In this document: positions 1 to 9,344 of the stretch, piece by piece
How positions within the stretch are numbered: position 1 is the stretch's first letter
Layout of the letters: each line of letters begins with the position of its first letter
NCBI GenBank assembly: GCA_039815185.1
Contig: JBCBZT010000060.1
Location: forward strand, 1 to 39,858
Source: Cyanobacteria bacterium P01_A01_bin.123
GTDB taxonomy: Bacteria > Cyanobacteriota > Cyanobacteriia > Phormidesmidales > Phormidesmidaceae
DNA length: 39,858 bases
Direction: 5' to 3'
Notes under the pieces: generated by a model
The model's database searches: none
What the model was told of the DNA's origin: nothing
Seen by the model: the letters and a program-made list of their open reading frames with translations, nothing else
Position numbers and translations under genes: made by a program

Positions 1-33
1 CCCCCTCTCCCCCTCTCCCCCACGCCTCCCTCT
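1..33. repeat. Short tandem octamer repeat (CCCCCTCT-like) inside priA
   Basis: ccccctct ccccctct cccccacg cctccctct; translates in the priA frame as ...REGGVGERGRG right after SLESW. Confidence 0.7.
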
Positions 34-1415
34 CGACTCCAAACCCAACTCTCCAACGAGGGCGTCGCCGACCCCAGCAGCAGTGGAACATCCTCCAACT
101 CAGCTCGCCAACGAGCAACGGTGCGGGCGTGGTAACACGGCGCAGGCTGATCTTGTTTGAAGCTGCTGTCATGTTCTTCGTCGAGAATGATCAGGCCCAG
201 GTTGGGCAAGGGGGCAAAGATGGCGGAGCGAGTACCAATGATGACTTGGATCGCGCCACTGAACATCTGTCGCCAGGTGTCGTAGCGTTCACCGTCGGAA
301 AGGGCACTGTGGTAGACACACACTTTTTGCCCAAAGCGATCGCGAAATCGATCGGTCAACTGGGGCGTGAGGCCAATCTCGGGGACAAGGACCAGGGTGG
401 ATTGATGTGCGGCAAGGCGAGGGGCGATCGCTTGTAAGTAGACTTCCGTTTTGCCAGACCCGGTGACGCCGTGGAGCAGCACTTGGGTATAGGTCTGTAT
501 CGGCAGTAGGGCATCGAGAGCAGCTTGTTGGGCAGGATTAAGAGGTTTGGGACGATCGGACTCAGCCCCCTCAATTGGGCCTTTAATCAGTGTCGTGCGC
601 AGCACTTCACGGGGTTCGATCACCAAGTAGCCCTGGGCGGCAAGTTTGCGCAGGGTGGCACTAGTCGTACGACATTGTTGCAGGGCATCGCTGAGCCATA
701 ACTCCCCCCCAAAGCGTTGTACCAGTGCGACCACTTCTTGCTGGCGCGGCGTTAAATCAGGGTTAACCGGGCCTGCAGCCGTCAATGACACAGCCTGACG
801 CAGTTTGGGGCGGGGGGGTTGGGGGGAAGCCAGGTAACTCTCAACCCAACCTTGCTTGAGCAACTGTTGTAATCCACTACGAGCCGCTTTCGTTTGCTTT
901 TTCAGGTGTTGCCAAGTGTAATCACCTGTGGCAGAGTGTTGCAGCGATCGCAGAAGAATCAAGGCACTCTGGCTCAATCCGATTTGATCGCCACTTTGAT
1001 CGCCAGGGATTGCTTCACGCTTGAGCCGAATTCGCCGTTGGGACTTTGCCAACAGGCCTGGGGGTAGGGCTGTTCTGATCACCTGGATCAGTGGCGTTTG
1101 ATAATAGCTGGCGACATGTTGCAGCAATTCCCAGTAGTGGGGCGCAAAAAAAACGGCACTCACAACACTATCGACGGGACGAATTTTTTGCCGATTGAAA
1201 TCGACGGCTGGTTGGTTGACCAGTTGAATCGCGATCGCGCCGACCTGCTGTGCCCCAAAAGGCACACTCAAGATATCACCCGGCTGAACCACTAGATCAT
1301 CGGGGAGAGAATAGAGATAAACCCCCTGGGCTCCGGGATGATCAACTAAAACCTCAATCCACTGGGGACGACCTGCTGGAGAATTAGAACTGACCAAAGG
1401 AATAACCGTGAACAA
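1..1415 (-). CDS. priA: Primosomal protein N' (PriA helicase), 5' part; runs off the left edge
   Basis: Not in the ORF track. Manual minus-strand translation gives the N-terminus ...WIEVLVDHPGAQGVYLYSLP..VQPGDILSVPFG, Walker A LLHGVTGSGKTEVYLQ, Walker B LIILDEEHDSSFKQ and motif III GSATPSLESW. TTG start at 1415 is tentative. Confidence 0.93.
   Translation of the reverse strand, partial: MFTVIPLVSSNSPAGRPQWIEVLVDHPGAQGVYLYSLPDDLVVQPGDILSVPFGAQQVGAIAIQLVNQPAVDFNRQKIRPVDSVVSAVFFAPHYWELLQHVASYYQTPLIQVIRTALPPGLLAKSQRRIRLKREAIPGDQSGDQIGLSQSALILLRSLQHSATGDYTWQHLKKQTKAARSGLQQLLKQGWVESYLASPQPPRPKLRQAVSLTAAGPVNPDLTPRQQEVVALVQRFGGELWLSDALQQCRTTSATLRKLAAQGYLVIEPREVLRTTLIKGPIEGAESDRPKPLNPAQQAALDALLPIQTYTQVLLHGVTGSGKTEVYLQAIAPRLAAHQSTLVLVPEIGLTPQLTDRFRDRFGQKVCVYHSALSDGERYDTWRQMFSGAIQVIIGTRSAIFAPLPNLGLIILDEEHDSSFKQDQPAPCYHARTVARWRAELEDVPLLLGSATPSLESWVWSREGGVGERGRG
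336..343. repeat. HIP1 octamer GCGATCGC (representative; many copies across the window)
   Basis: Also at 424-431, 38826-38833 and many other sites; typical of cyanobacterial genomes. Confidence 0.95.
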
Positions 1416-1536
1416 GCCTTGTCCAGTGTAAAGGCATAAACTAGCCCTGCGGGAAGCGCTCAATTTTATAGCGCTGGCCAGATTGCTTAATGCACCGGGT
1501 AGCGCTGGGATGCTCAATACACAAGCAATTTGGCTC

Positions 1537-1567
1537 GCCGTAGCGCACAAAGCTTTGTGGCTACGGC
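1537..1567. repeat. 31-bp near-perfect palindrome in the priA-sigE intergenic region
   Basis: GCCGTAGC(G)CACAAAG|CTTTGTGGCTACGGC with one bulged G. Confidence 0.8.
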
Positions 1568-2274
1568 TATAGGTTGAGACTACAGGTAATATGAAATTTT
1601 TCAGTAAATTCCTACGCCGCACGCAGATTGATTTGCGCTGAACAGTATCGTTTCTAACTCGAAATAACTGCTCTGGCAGCTCAGCAACCTACTATGCCAT
1701 CACCCCACTACTCCACTCATTTCCTTCCCACGATCGCCACTAACTCAAACTAAGATTGGCTGGCCTAGATTGGCTGATCTAGATTGTCCAGTCCAGGAAA
1801 AATCACCAGCACTGCTCTCAGCAGATTAATCCGACAAGTTAACAAGAGCAACCCCACCAATAAAGATTGCCATGATGAAGATTGCCAGGATTAATCAGCA
1901 TGTCAACGCGAAACTCGAGATTCCTTTTTATTCGGTCAGTATTTTGATCTGACTCATAAAATTTGACGGGCTTCAACCTCGACCTCGGCACTAGCACAAT
2001 GAAACAAATATTATTCGTTCAACCCGGGATTATGTACCTGACCTTAGGCTTCTAAAGCTGCCCCTCTCCTCAAATCCTTGACTTTTGATCAAAATATTAC
2101 AGAATGAAAAACATAAAGAAAAGTTACGCGGCCTTGAAAAAACTAGCAATCCCTGGCAATACAAGGTAAACCAACAACTAAAGTAACCAATCTGCATTTT
2201 TGAGGTTGCTATAGTGTAGGCAAACACAGCCAAAACGCCCAACCTACAAGGAATTCGTTAAGAATCTTTTAAAT

Positions 2275-3489
2275 ATGGCCGCCCCATTTAATTCCCAGAC
2301 CAATTTATCTTCAACCTTGGCTGATATCGATACCGTTACCTTGCAGCCAGGGGCGCGAACCGAAACCTCTGGATTGCCCGGCATGGCTGCCAATTTAGAT
2401 GCCGATGTCCTGAGTTGGGATTCTAACGAAGACGACAATACGGCTGAATCCCCTGTCTCCGACGATGAAATCATCGCTCAGTTTTCAGATCCCGAAGGTA
2501 GGGACTCGGGGATCTCGACAGGCCTTTACAGTAAGTCGATAACGGATGATGCCGTGGGCGCTTTCTTTAAAGAGATGGCCCGTTACCCGCTGCTGAAAGC
2601 AACAGAAGAAATTGAGCTGGCGCGTCAGGTGAAGTTTTTAAGCGAAGTCGAAGATCTGCGTGAGCGCCTTAAAGAAGATCTAAGCCGAGCACCCAATAAT
2701 GCTGAAGTCGCTGAAGCACTTAATATTTCAGAAAAACAGCTCCGGCAAAATCTGTATCAGGGCAGAACCGCTAAACGTCGGATGATTCGCTCAAACCTAC
2801 GTTTAGTCGTGTCCATTGCGAAACGATATCTCAATCGTGGCGTGCCTTTCTTAGACTTAATTCAAGAAGGCGCGCTAGGACTGAATCGCGCTGCGGAGAA
2901 GTTTGATCCAGACAAAGGATACAAGTTTTCGACTTACGCGTACTGGTGGATTCGCCAAGGAATTACCCGCACAATTGCTAACGATGCACGCACTATTCGA
3001 CTGCCAATCCATATTGTTGAAAAGCTCAATAAGCTTAAGAAGGCCCATCGAGAACTGCGGCGCGAACTCCAACGTAACCCTAACGAAAACGAATTGGCAG
3101 AGGCGTTGGAAATTACCCCCGATCAGCTGCGGAGTTTACAGCAAGTCAGACGGCGATCGCTATCTTTAAACCACCGAGTGGGGAAAGGCGAAGACACCGA
3201 ACTGATGGAACTGCTAGAAGACGGCAACACCCAATCTCCGGAATCTAAAATCAGCGAGACCATGATGCGCCAAGAAATTTGTAGCGTCTTGGCTGAAGTG
3301 CTGACCGAGCGAGAGAAAGACATTATTACCCTACGCTACGGGTTAGCCACTGGAGAACCTCACACGTTAGAAGAAGTGGGTGGCATCTTTAATCTGTCGC
3401 GGGAGCGGGTACGTCAAATTCAAACCAAGGCTATGCGCAAGCTACGCCGCCCCCAAGTCGCTTCCCGGCTGAAGGGCTGGTTACGGTAA
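2275..3489 (+). CDS. sigE: Group 2 sigma-70 factor, SigE type
   Basis: DDAVGAFFKEMARYPLL region 1.2, SNLRLVVSIAKRY, FSTYAYWWIRQ, SLSLNHRVGKGEDTEL and the C-terminal KLRRPQVASRLKGWL match the SigE clade as I know it (Synechocystis Sll1689). Exact start uncertain. Confidence 0.88.
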   Translation: MAAPFNSQTNLSSTLADIDTVTLQPGARTETSGLPGMAANLDADVLSWDSNEDDNTAESPVSDDEIIAQFSDPEGRDSGISTGLYSKSITDDAVGAFFKEMARYPLLKATEEIELARQVKFLSEVEDLRERLKEDLSRAPNNAEVAEALNISEKQLRQNLYQGRTAKRRMIRSNLRLVVSIAKRYLNRGVPFLDLIQEGALGLNRAAEKFDPDKGYKFSTYAYWWIRQGITRTIANDARTIRLPIHIVEKLNKLKKAHRELRRELQRNPNENELAEALEITPDQLRSLQQVRRRSLSLNHRVGKGEDTELMELLEDGNTQSPESKISETMMRQEICSVLAEVLTEREKDIITLRYGLATGEPHTLEEVGGIFNLSRERVRQIQTKAMRKLRRPQVASRLKGWLR

Positions 3490-3531
3490 AACGGTCTATT
3501 GACGGTAAAGCATAAATGGATTGCCTCCCCA

Positions 3532-3571
3532 ATTCCCCTGATCAAACTTCTCAGTCTGATCAGGGGATTTT
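3532..3571 (+). terminator. Intrinsic terminator after sigE
   Basis: TCCCCTGATCA (3534-3544) / TGATCAGGGGA (3557-3567) stem followed by TTTT. Confidence 0.7.
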
Positions 3572-3693
3572 GCCGAGCGCATCTACTCCAGCACTTTCAA
3601 CCAGGGAGTGAATCATCAACCATCATGCTGCTTCAAGGTTAGCGATTGGTTTTGAGTTAAGAGATGTGAGGATCGGATAATCTTGTGGCGACG

Positions 3694-3735
3694 GTAATCT
3701 TTTAGACATCTACTTTCCGAGTAAATCTCTAAGAT
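3694..3735 (+). promoter_or_regulatory. Putative NtcA-activated (class II) promoter of gpgS
   Basis: GTA-N8-GAC (3694-3707), exactly 22 nt, then TAAGAT (TAN3T, 3730-3735). Confidence 0.6.
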
Positions 3736-3761
3736 AGTGACACATATGGAGAGACGGGCTT

Positions 3762-5021
3762 ATGGATTACAAGCAAGAACTGATTACAACAATCCATGAT
3801 CTTGGCTGCAATTTAGAGCGACTTGAAGATCGCTTGGTTCAACTCAGTCAAACCTCGCCCACTGCCGTCATCATTCCATCGCTTTATGAAGAACTTGAAC
3901 GGCCCGCTCTAGCGAACATTCGTGACCATTTAAAGCAATGCGCTTTTGTTAATCAGGTCGTCATTTGCCTCTATGCAGAGACCCAAACACAGTTCTTTAA
4001 AGCCGTTCAATTTTTTGAGCCGCTACCCCAACCCACCCTGGTTTTGTGGGAAAACGGCCCTAGGGTGAGTCATATTTTACAGGTGTTGCAAGACAGAGGG
4101 TTGGATCTACTGCGCTATAGCGGTAAAGGCCGAGCCGTTTGGCTAGGTTTGGGTGTAGCGTCGCTATATGCCACTGCGATCGCCCTACATGATGCTGACA
4201 TCACCACCTACGATCGCACTTATCCGCTAAAGCTTCTCTTTCCCCTACTCGAAACAGAATTTGGCATTGCCTTTAGTAAAGCCTACTACGCCCGCATTGG
4301 TGGCGAGTCCCCTCGTAGCTTCCATGGTCGAGTCACTCGTCTATTTGTGACGCCATTGATCACATCGCTGATGGAGCTCTTTGGCTACCGTGACTATCTG
4401 CGCTATCTCAATGCTTATCGCTATCCGCTTTCGGGGGAATTTGCCCTGAGCAATGATTTGGCCCTGAATACTCGGATTCCAGCAAACTGGGGCTTAGAAG
4501 TGGGGTTGCTGGCTGAGGTTTATCGCAACGTTGCCCTTAAGCGAATTGCTCAAATCGATCTCGGCGTGTTTGAACATAAACATCAACCCTTGGGCACTTC
4601 CCCTGAAAAGGGCTTACAAAAGATGTGCCGCGACATCTTACACTCTGTACTGCACACCCTGACCGAAACAGAACAGGTGGTTATTTCCCATGACCATATC
4701 CGAGCCCTGCGCGTTAAGTTTCGCCGAGAAGCCCAAAATCTAACGCGACAATATTTTGTCGATGCCCGCTTTAACGATTTGTTCTATGATCGCCATCGCG
4801 AGGAAATTACTTTAGAGTGTTTTGAAAAGGTGATTTTGCAAGCCGGAGAGCAGTATCTTAAAACACCTGCTGGTACCCAAATCCCTGACTGGACTAGGGC
4901 ACTAGCCGTGATGCCTGATTTGCGTGAGCAATTGGGCGACGCGATTCTGGCCGATATGGCAGACGCCAAGACAGTAATACAAGGCGAGCGTCAACGCCTA
5001 CCCCATGTCATCAAAGGTTAG
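3762..5021 (+). CDS. gpgS: Glucosyl-3-phosphoglycerate synthase (glucosylglycerate synthesis)
   Basis: MDYKQELITTIHDL start, GKGRAVW, LHDADI (DxD), GRVTRLFVTPL, YPLSGEF, WGLEVGLL, HKHQ; GGAG RBS upstream. Confidence 0.85.
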   Translation: MDYKQELITTIHDLGCNLERLEDRLVQLSQTSPTAVIIPSLYEELERPALANIRDHLKQCAFVNQVVICLYAETQTQFFKAVQFFEPLPQPTLVLWENGPRVSHILQVLQDRGLDLLRYSGKGRAVWLGLGVASLYATAIALHDADITTYDRTYPLKLLFPLLETEFGIAFSKAYYARIGGESPRSFHGRVTRLFVTPLITSLMELFGYRDYLRYLNAYRYPLSGEFALSNDLALNTRIPANWGLEVGLLAEVYRNVALKRIAQIDLGVFEHKHQPLGTSPEKGLQKMCRDILHSVLHTLTETEQVVISHDHIRALRVKFRREAQNLTRQYFVDARFNDLFYDRHREEITLECFEKVILQAGEQYLKTPAGTQIPDWTRALAVMPDLREQLGDAILADMADAKTVIQGERQRLPHVIKG

Positions 5022-5040
5022 ACCCATTTTGCGGCGACCT

Positions 5041-5406
5041 TTAGGCAATTTGGAAGCGATCGCTGTTGCGGAGAATAGAAGCTTCAAAATTACGAACCCA
5101 ATCATCAAAAGCTGGATCTGTGGTGTTATCGATCAACCATTGACCACGCTTTAACAGCAGCGCCGTGTAGCTATTCTTGAGCTGCACCACAACAGCATCC
5201 CATTCACCTGTCCGTATGGTGATGCTCTGAAAACCCTTTAACTGCAAAGATGAGGTCATCAAAGCCTTGAGACTCAAAGCTTGAAATACAGTTTGTACCC
5301 ACTCAGTGCCCTGATGCTCTTGGGTAACGTAGTATTCACGCGGCAGACCGTTGGGGTCAAAAACTGCTGCACCGAGGATATTGCTCAGGGGTGGCGATTG
5401 GTTCAT
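5041..5406 (-). CDS. Hypothetical protein, possibly Roadblock/LC7-like
   Basis: 121 aa; ILGAAVFDPNGLP resembles the roadblock beta-hairpin. Confidence 0.55.
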   Translation of the reverse strand: MNQSPPLSNILGAAVFDPNGLPREYYVTQEHQGTEWVQTVFQALSLKALMTSSLQLKGFQSITIRTGEWDAVVVQLKNSYTALLLKRGQWLIDNTTDPAFDDWVRNFEASILRNSDRFQIA

Positions 5407-5512
5407 CTACTTCTTTATAAATGCACGGGTTGTTTGTAGATTAGACGCACTGATTTAGGGCCACTATCGGTTGATATTCAGCATTATGCCGTAATTGACC
5501 TTGCCGATGGGA

Positions 5513-6313
5513 TTACAGAATAATCCCAATGACCAGTAACACAACCCCTAACCCAAGGCAGCTTGCCATTGCTATGAATAAGTGCTTAGCGCCCTTTTCA
5601 GCACTGGTAGTGAGGGCTTCATCGGTTTTGAGAGAGATGATGTACTTCTTGTCGCCGCTGGTGGGTTTGCATAGGGTCATGGTGCCGGTGGCATCGCTGG
5701 CGCTGCCCACGACTAAAACGTTGCGACCCGTTGGGAGGACAGATTCGGTGTATTGATAGCCTAAAGTTCTCACCCCCCCTTGGTTGCCCAGTGCCAAAGA
5801 AAAATTGCCAAACTTTAGCAGACCACTACTAACCTCGTCTTGCGGACGAAACTCATCGAGCACTTTCACAGTCTCGATTGCAGCACCGTCTGGATCAACT
5901 AAGACTTCACCAGATGCGTCTTTGATATAGAACGGCACCGACTGTTTATTGCTAGAGATGGTTTCGTTCCGCCGTTCAGTGGTGCGGGTTGTTTTCCCCT
6001 CAGCATCTTTTTTCGTAACGGTCTCTTCATAGACGCGCTGAACGCTCATGGTGTAGTGAACGCAAGGCATTTGCTTAAGTTCAGAGGCAAGCGGGTGTTT
6101 GACTACAATTTCTCCCCAGACTTTGACGTAGTCTCGCCAGTTGCCCCCACCAATTTCATTGGCGATCGCTTGGGCTGTGGTGTGTAGTTCTGCGGCTTGG
6201 GTGCTGCGGGCCGATTTGATACTAAAAACGCGGCTTTTTTGATTGCGTTGAACAAAAAACAAAATTACGCCAACAAGAATCAAAATCAACCCAACGACAC
6301 GCCAAACGTTCAT
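5513..6313 (-). CDS. GIDE-domain (MUL1-like) two-TM membrane protein without RING
   Basis: N- and C-terminal TM helices; PCVHY, SVPFYIKDASGEVLVDPDGA, YTESVLPTGRNVLVVG. Confidence 0.75.
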   Translation of the reverse strand: MNVWRVVGLILILVGVILFFVQRNQKSRVFSIKSARSTQAAELHTTAQAIANEIGGGNWRDYVKVWGEIVVKHPLASELKQMPCVHYTMSVQRVYEETVTKKDAEGKTTRTTERRNETISSNKQSVPFYIKDASGEVLVDPDGAAIETVKVLDEFRPQDEVSSGLLKFGNFSLALGNQGGVRTLGYQYTESVLPTGRNVLVVGSASDATGTMTLCKPTSGDKKYIISLKTDEALTTSAEKGAKHLFIAMASCLGLGVVLLVIGIIL

Positions 6314-6537
6314 GGAAAACTCCTAATAAATTCAAACCCTTGATGAGGTAGCAGCTTTTTACCGCTGATAGGATTCCTTACCATAGCCACAATATTGGCA
6401 ATGCCATCCACAACCAACAATAGAATTCCCAGAATCAAAGCAATCATGGACAGCGTTGGCTGCGATCGCAGTCGGACTAACAATCCCAAACCAAGATAGA
6501 TTAAACCGCCAATCACCGAGCCGATGCCAAAGCTCAA
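6310..6537 (-). CDS. Small 2-TM membrane protein or gene remnant
   Basis: Hydrophobic FGIGSVIGGLIYLGLGLLV...IALILGILLLVVDGI. TTG at 6537 has GAGG upstream; its TGA overlaps the GIDE ATG (ATGA). The longer track ORF to 6681 overlaps PadR and is unlikely. Confidence 0.45.
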   Translation of the reverse strand: MSFGIGSVIGGLIYLGLGLLVRLRSQPTLSMIALILGILLLVVDGIANIVAMVRNPISGKKLLPHQGFEFIRSFP

Positions 6538-6553
6538 GCTGCTCGCCTCATCC

Positions 6554-7105
6554 CTACGCTGGCGGCAGTTTATTTTCTCGCAAATACGCGATCGCCTCAT
6601 CACACCAACCCAACCAACTAATTTCATAGCGAATGCCGCTGCGCAAGGTAAGGTATTGAAAAATCCGTCGGGGTGGTGCATCGTCTAGGCTTTGGAAAAA
6701 CCGTTGCTTAATGGTTTTGTATTCTTCTAAACGGTCTTGATGCTGTTGACGATGGGTTAACAGCTCTTGCAACAGGATATCGGGCTCAACGGTATACCCC
6801 CCAAACAGCTTCACCAGCAGATCATCCTTAATCGGACTAATCGGGCAGGGTTTTGCAATCCACGCCTGTAGAATCTGCTCTCCGATTGAGGTAATGTGAT
6901 AAAGCTTTTTGTTGGGACGGCTGTCTTGCATTACCTTTTCGACCCGCAGTGCTTCAGCCGACTCTAACTTGGAAAGTTCTCGATAAATCTGTTGATGACT
7001 GGCATCCCAAAAGAAACCCACCGAACCATCAAAACTTTTGGCTAAGTCGTAGCCGCTACAGGGGCCTTCTAATAGCGATACCAAAATTGCGTGGGAGAGA
7101 GCCAT
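6554..7105 (-). CDS. PadR-family regulator, AphA-like (long C-terminal helical domain)
   Basis: MALSHAILVSLLEGPCSGYDLAKSF..FFWDASHQQIYRELSKLE, RPNKKLYHIT, DDLLVKLF, YLTLRSGIRYE..WLGWCDE; start set to ATG 7105. Confidence 0.9.
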   Translation of the reverse strand: MALSHAILVSLLEGPCSGYDLAKSFDGSVGFFWDASHQQIYRELSKLESAEALRVEKVMQDSRPNKKLYHITSIGEQILQAWIAKPCPISPIKDDLLVKLFGGYTVEPDILLQELLTHRQQHQDRLEEYKTIKQRFFQSLDDAPPRRIFQYLTLRSGIRYEISWLGWCDEAIAYLRENKLPPA

Positions 7106-7131
7106 AACGGCTGAAATCATTGGGACTAACA

Positions 7132-7151
7132 ATATGCATATTTAAGCATAT
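7132..7151. promoter_or_regulatory. PadR/AphA-type palindromic operator
   Basis: ATATGCA-TATTTA-AGCATAT, 26 nt upstream of the PadR start. Confidence 0.7.
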
Positions 7152-7321
7152 ACGATTTCGGAATTCCTAATCGTTATCGTGGGGCTTACCACAAGCTCTG
7201 TTATCAGGGCTCTGTATTGGGCCGAGTCGTGATACGCCCCAAAAGCTTAAAGAATCTCAGAGGAGGATGAGGATAAGGCCCAAAAGAAAGTATGGTTTTG
7301 GTAAGACTCAATACGATGGCC

Positions 7322-9292
7322 ATGTCACAACCCACCATAGAATCAATTCTCCAAGAAAAACGGCTGTTTAATCCTCCAGCTGAGTTTGCTAAACAAGCTC
7401 GAATTCAAAATATGGAGGAATACCAAAAGCTCTATGACAAAGCGGCTGCAGATCCAGCTAGCTTTTGGGCAGACTTGGCCGAGCAAGAACTCCACTGGTT
7501 CAAAAAATGGGACACTGTGCTGGACTGGCAACCGCCCTTTGCCAAGTGGTTTGTGGGCGGTAAGCTGAATATTTCCTACAACTGTTTGGATCGACACCTA
7601 ACCACCTGGCGTCGCAACAAGGCTGCTCTGATTTGGGAAGGGGAACCAGGTGATACGCGAACTTTAACCTATGCTCAACTGCACCATGAAGTGTGCCAAA
7701 TCGCCAATGTGATGAAGCAGCTTGGGGTCAAAAAGGGCGATCGCGTGGGAATTTACATGCCGATGGTGCCAGAGGCTGCGATCGCGATGCTGGCCTGTGC
7801 TCGTATCGGCGCACCCCATACGGTCGTCTTTGGCGGTTTTAGTGCCGAAGCTTTGAAAGATCGCCTCAATGATGCCGAAGCTAAGTTGGTGATCACCGCA
7901 GATGGTGGTTTTCGCAAAGATAAGGTGATTCCGCTAAAGGCCGCAGTCGATCAAGCCCTAGCCGATAACGGTGCCCCCAGCGTTGAAAACGTGCTGGTCG
8001 TACAGCGCACTAAAGAAGATATCCCCATGATGACTGGGCGTGACCACTGGTGGCACGACCTCCAGGCAACGGCTTCTGCTGATTGCCCCGCCGAAGAAAT
8101 GGACGCTGAAGATTTGCTGTTCATTCTCTACACCAGCGGGACAACCGGGAAGCCCAAAGGGGTTGTGCACACCACTGGCGGCTACAACCTGTACACCCAC
8201 ATGACCTTCCAGTGGATCTTTGATATCCGCGATACCGATGTCTACTGGTGTACTGCCGACGTGGGTTGGATTACCGGGCACAGCTATATCGTCTATGGCC
8301 CCCTGTCGAATGGGGCTACGAGCTTGATGTACGAGGGAGTGCCGCGGCCGTCAAATCCAGGCTGCTTTTGGGACGTGGTGGAAAAATATGGCGTCAACAT
8401 TTTCTACACAGCCCCTACGGCCATTCGTGCCTTTATCAAAATGGGCAATCACTTACCAGCGGCTCGTGACCTCTCCAGTTTGCGCATCCTGGGCACTGTG
8501 GGTGAACCGATTAACCCGGAAGCCTGGATGTGGTATCACCAGGTGATTGGCGGCGAGACTTGCCCAATCGTCGATACCTGGTGGCAAACCGAAACTGGCG
8601 GCTTCATGCTGACGCCTTTCCCAGGGGCCACCCCGACCAAGCCAGGTTCAGCGACTAAACCTTTCCCTGGCATTTTGGCTGATGTGGTTGATTTAGAAGG
8701 CAACCCCGTTGGGGATAATGAGGGCGGCTATCTGGTGGTGAAACATCCCTGGCCCAGCATGATGCGTACGGTCTATGGAGACGACGATCGCTTCCGCCGC
8801 ACCTATTGGGAGCACATTGCCCCCAAGGATGGCCAATATCTCTACTTTGCTGGGGATGGTGCCCGCCGTGACGAAGACGGCTACTTTTGGGTGATGGGTC
8901 GGGTAGATGATGTGATGAACGTGTCGGGTCACCGCTTAGGCACCATGGAAGTAGAATCAGCCCTGGTGTCCCATCCTGCCGTAGCCGAAGCCGCCGTTGT
9001 GGGTCGAAAAGATGATCTCAAAGGGGAAGATGTGTTTGCATTTGTCACCCTAGAAGGCACCTTTAGCCCCAGCGATGCCTTGAAAGACGAGTTGAAGCAG
9101 CATGTGGTTAAAGAAATCGGCGCGATCGCCCGTCCAGGCGACATTCGTTTCGCCGATGCCTTACCCAAAACCCGCTCAGGCAAAATCATCCGTCGCTTTT
9201 TGCGTAACCTGGCCAGTGGTGAAGCCGTCGCTGGCGATGCCTCAACGATGGAAGACCAAAGCGTCCTCGAAAAACTGCGCTCAGGGAGTTAA
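7322..9292 (+). CDS. acs: Acetyl-CoA synthetase (acetate-CoA ligase)
   Basis: [44 protein letters not shown]; start set to [10 protein letters not shown]. Confidence 0.96.
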   Translation: MSQPTIESILQEKRLFNPPAEFAKQARIQNMEEYQKLYDKAAADPASFWADLAEQELHWFKKWDTVLDWQPPFAKWFVGGKLNISYNCLDRHLTTWRRNKAALIWEGEPGDTRTLTYAQLHHEVCQIANVMKQLGVKKGDRVGIYMPMVPEAAIAMLACARIGAPHTVVFGGFSAEALKDRLNDAEAKLVITADGGFRKDKVIPLKAAVDQALADNGAPSVENVLVVQRTKEDIPMMTGRDHWWHDLQATASADCPAEEMDAEDLLFILYTSGTTGKPKGVVHTTGGYNLYTHMTFQWIFDIRDTDVYWCTADVGWITGHSYIVYGPLSNGATSLMYEGVPRPSNPGCFWDVVEKYGVNIFYTAPTAIRAFIKMGNHLPAARDLSSLRILGTVGEPINPEAWMWYHQVIGGETCPIVDTWWQTETGGFMLTPFPGATPTKPGSATKPFPGILADVVDLEGNPVGDNEGGYLVVKHPWPSMMRTVYGDDDRFRRTYWEHIAPKDGQYLYFAGDGARRDEDGYFWVMGRVDDVMNVSGHRLGTMEVESALVSHPAVAEAAVVGRKDDLKGEDVFAFVTLEGTFSPSDALKDELKQHVVKEIGAIARPGDIRFADALPKTRSGKIIRRFLRNLASGEAVAGDASTMEDQSVLEKLRSGS

Positions 9293-9344
9293 TCGTCCAA
9301 GTAGCCTGATACTGATTTTTATACATCCTGGCTGCATAAGCCCC

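Noticed and set aside
129..1295. Track ORFs 129-437, 356-574 and 1098-1295
   Set aside because: Antisense or out-of-frame shadows of priA.
1645..1658. GTA-N8-AAC as an NtcA site for sigE
   Set aside because: Mismatched, and the nearest TAN3T (1690) is 31 nt away rather than about 22.
1753..1892. Repeats as a CRISPR array
   Set aside because: Units are 14-15 bp, contiguous, with no spacers and no cas genes.
6538..6681. N-terminal extension of the 123-aa track ORF
   Set aside because: Overlaps PadR in another frame and does not look protein-like.
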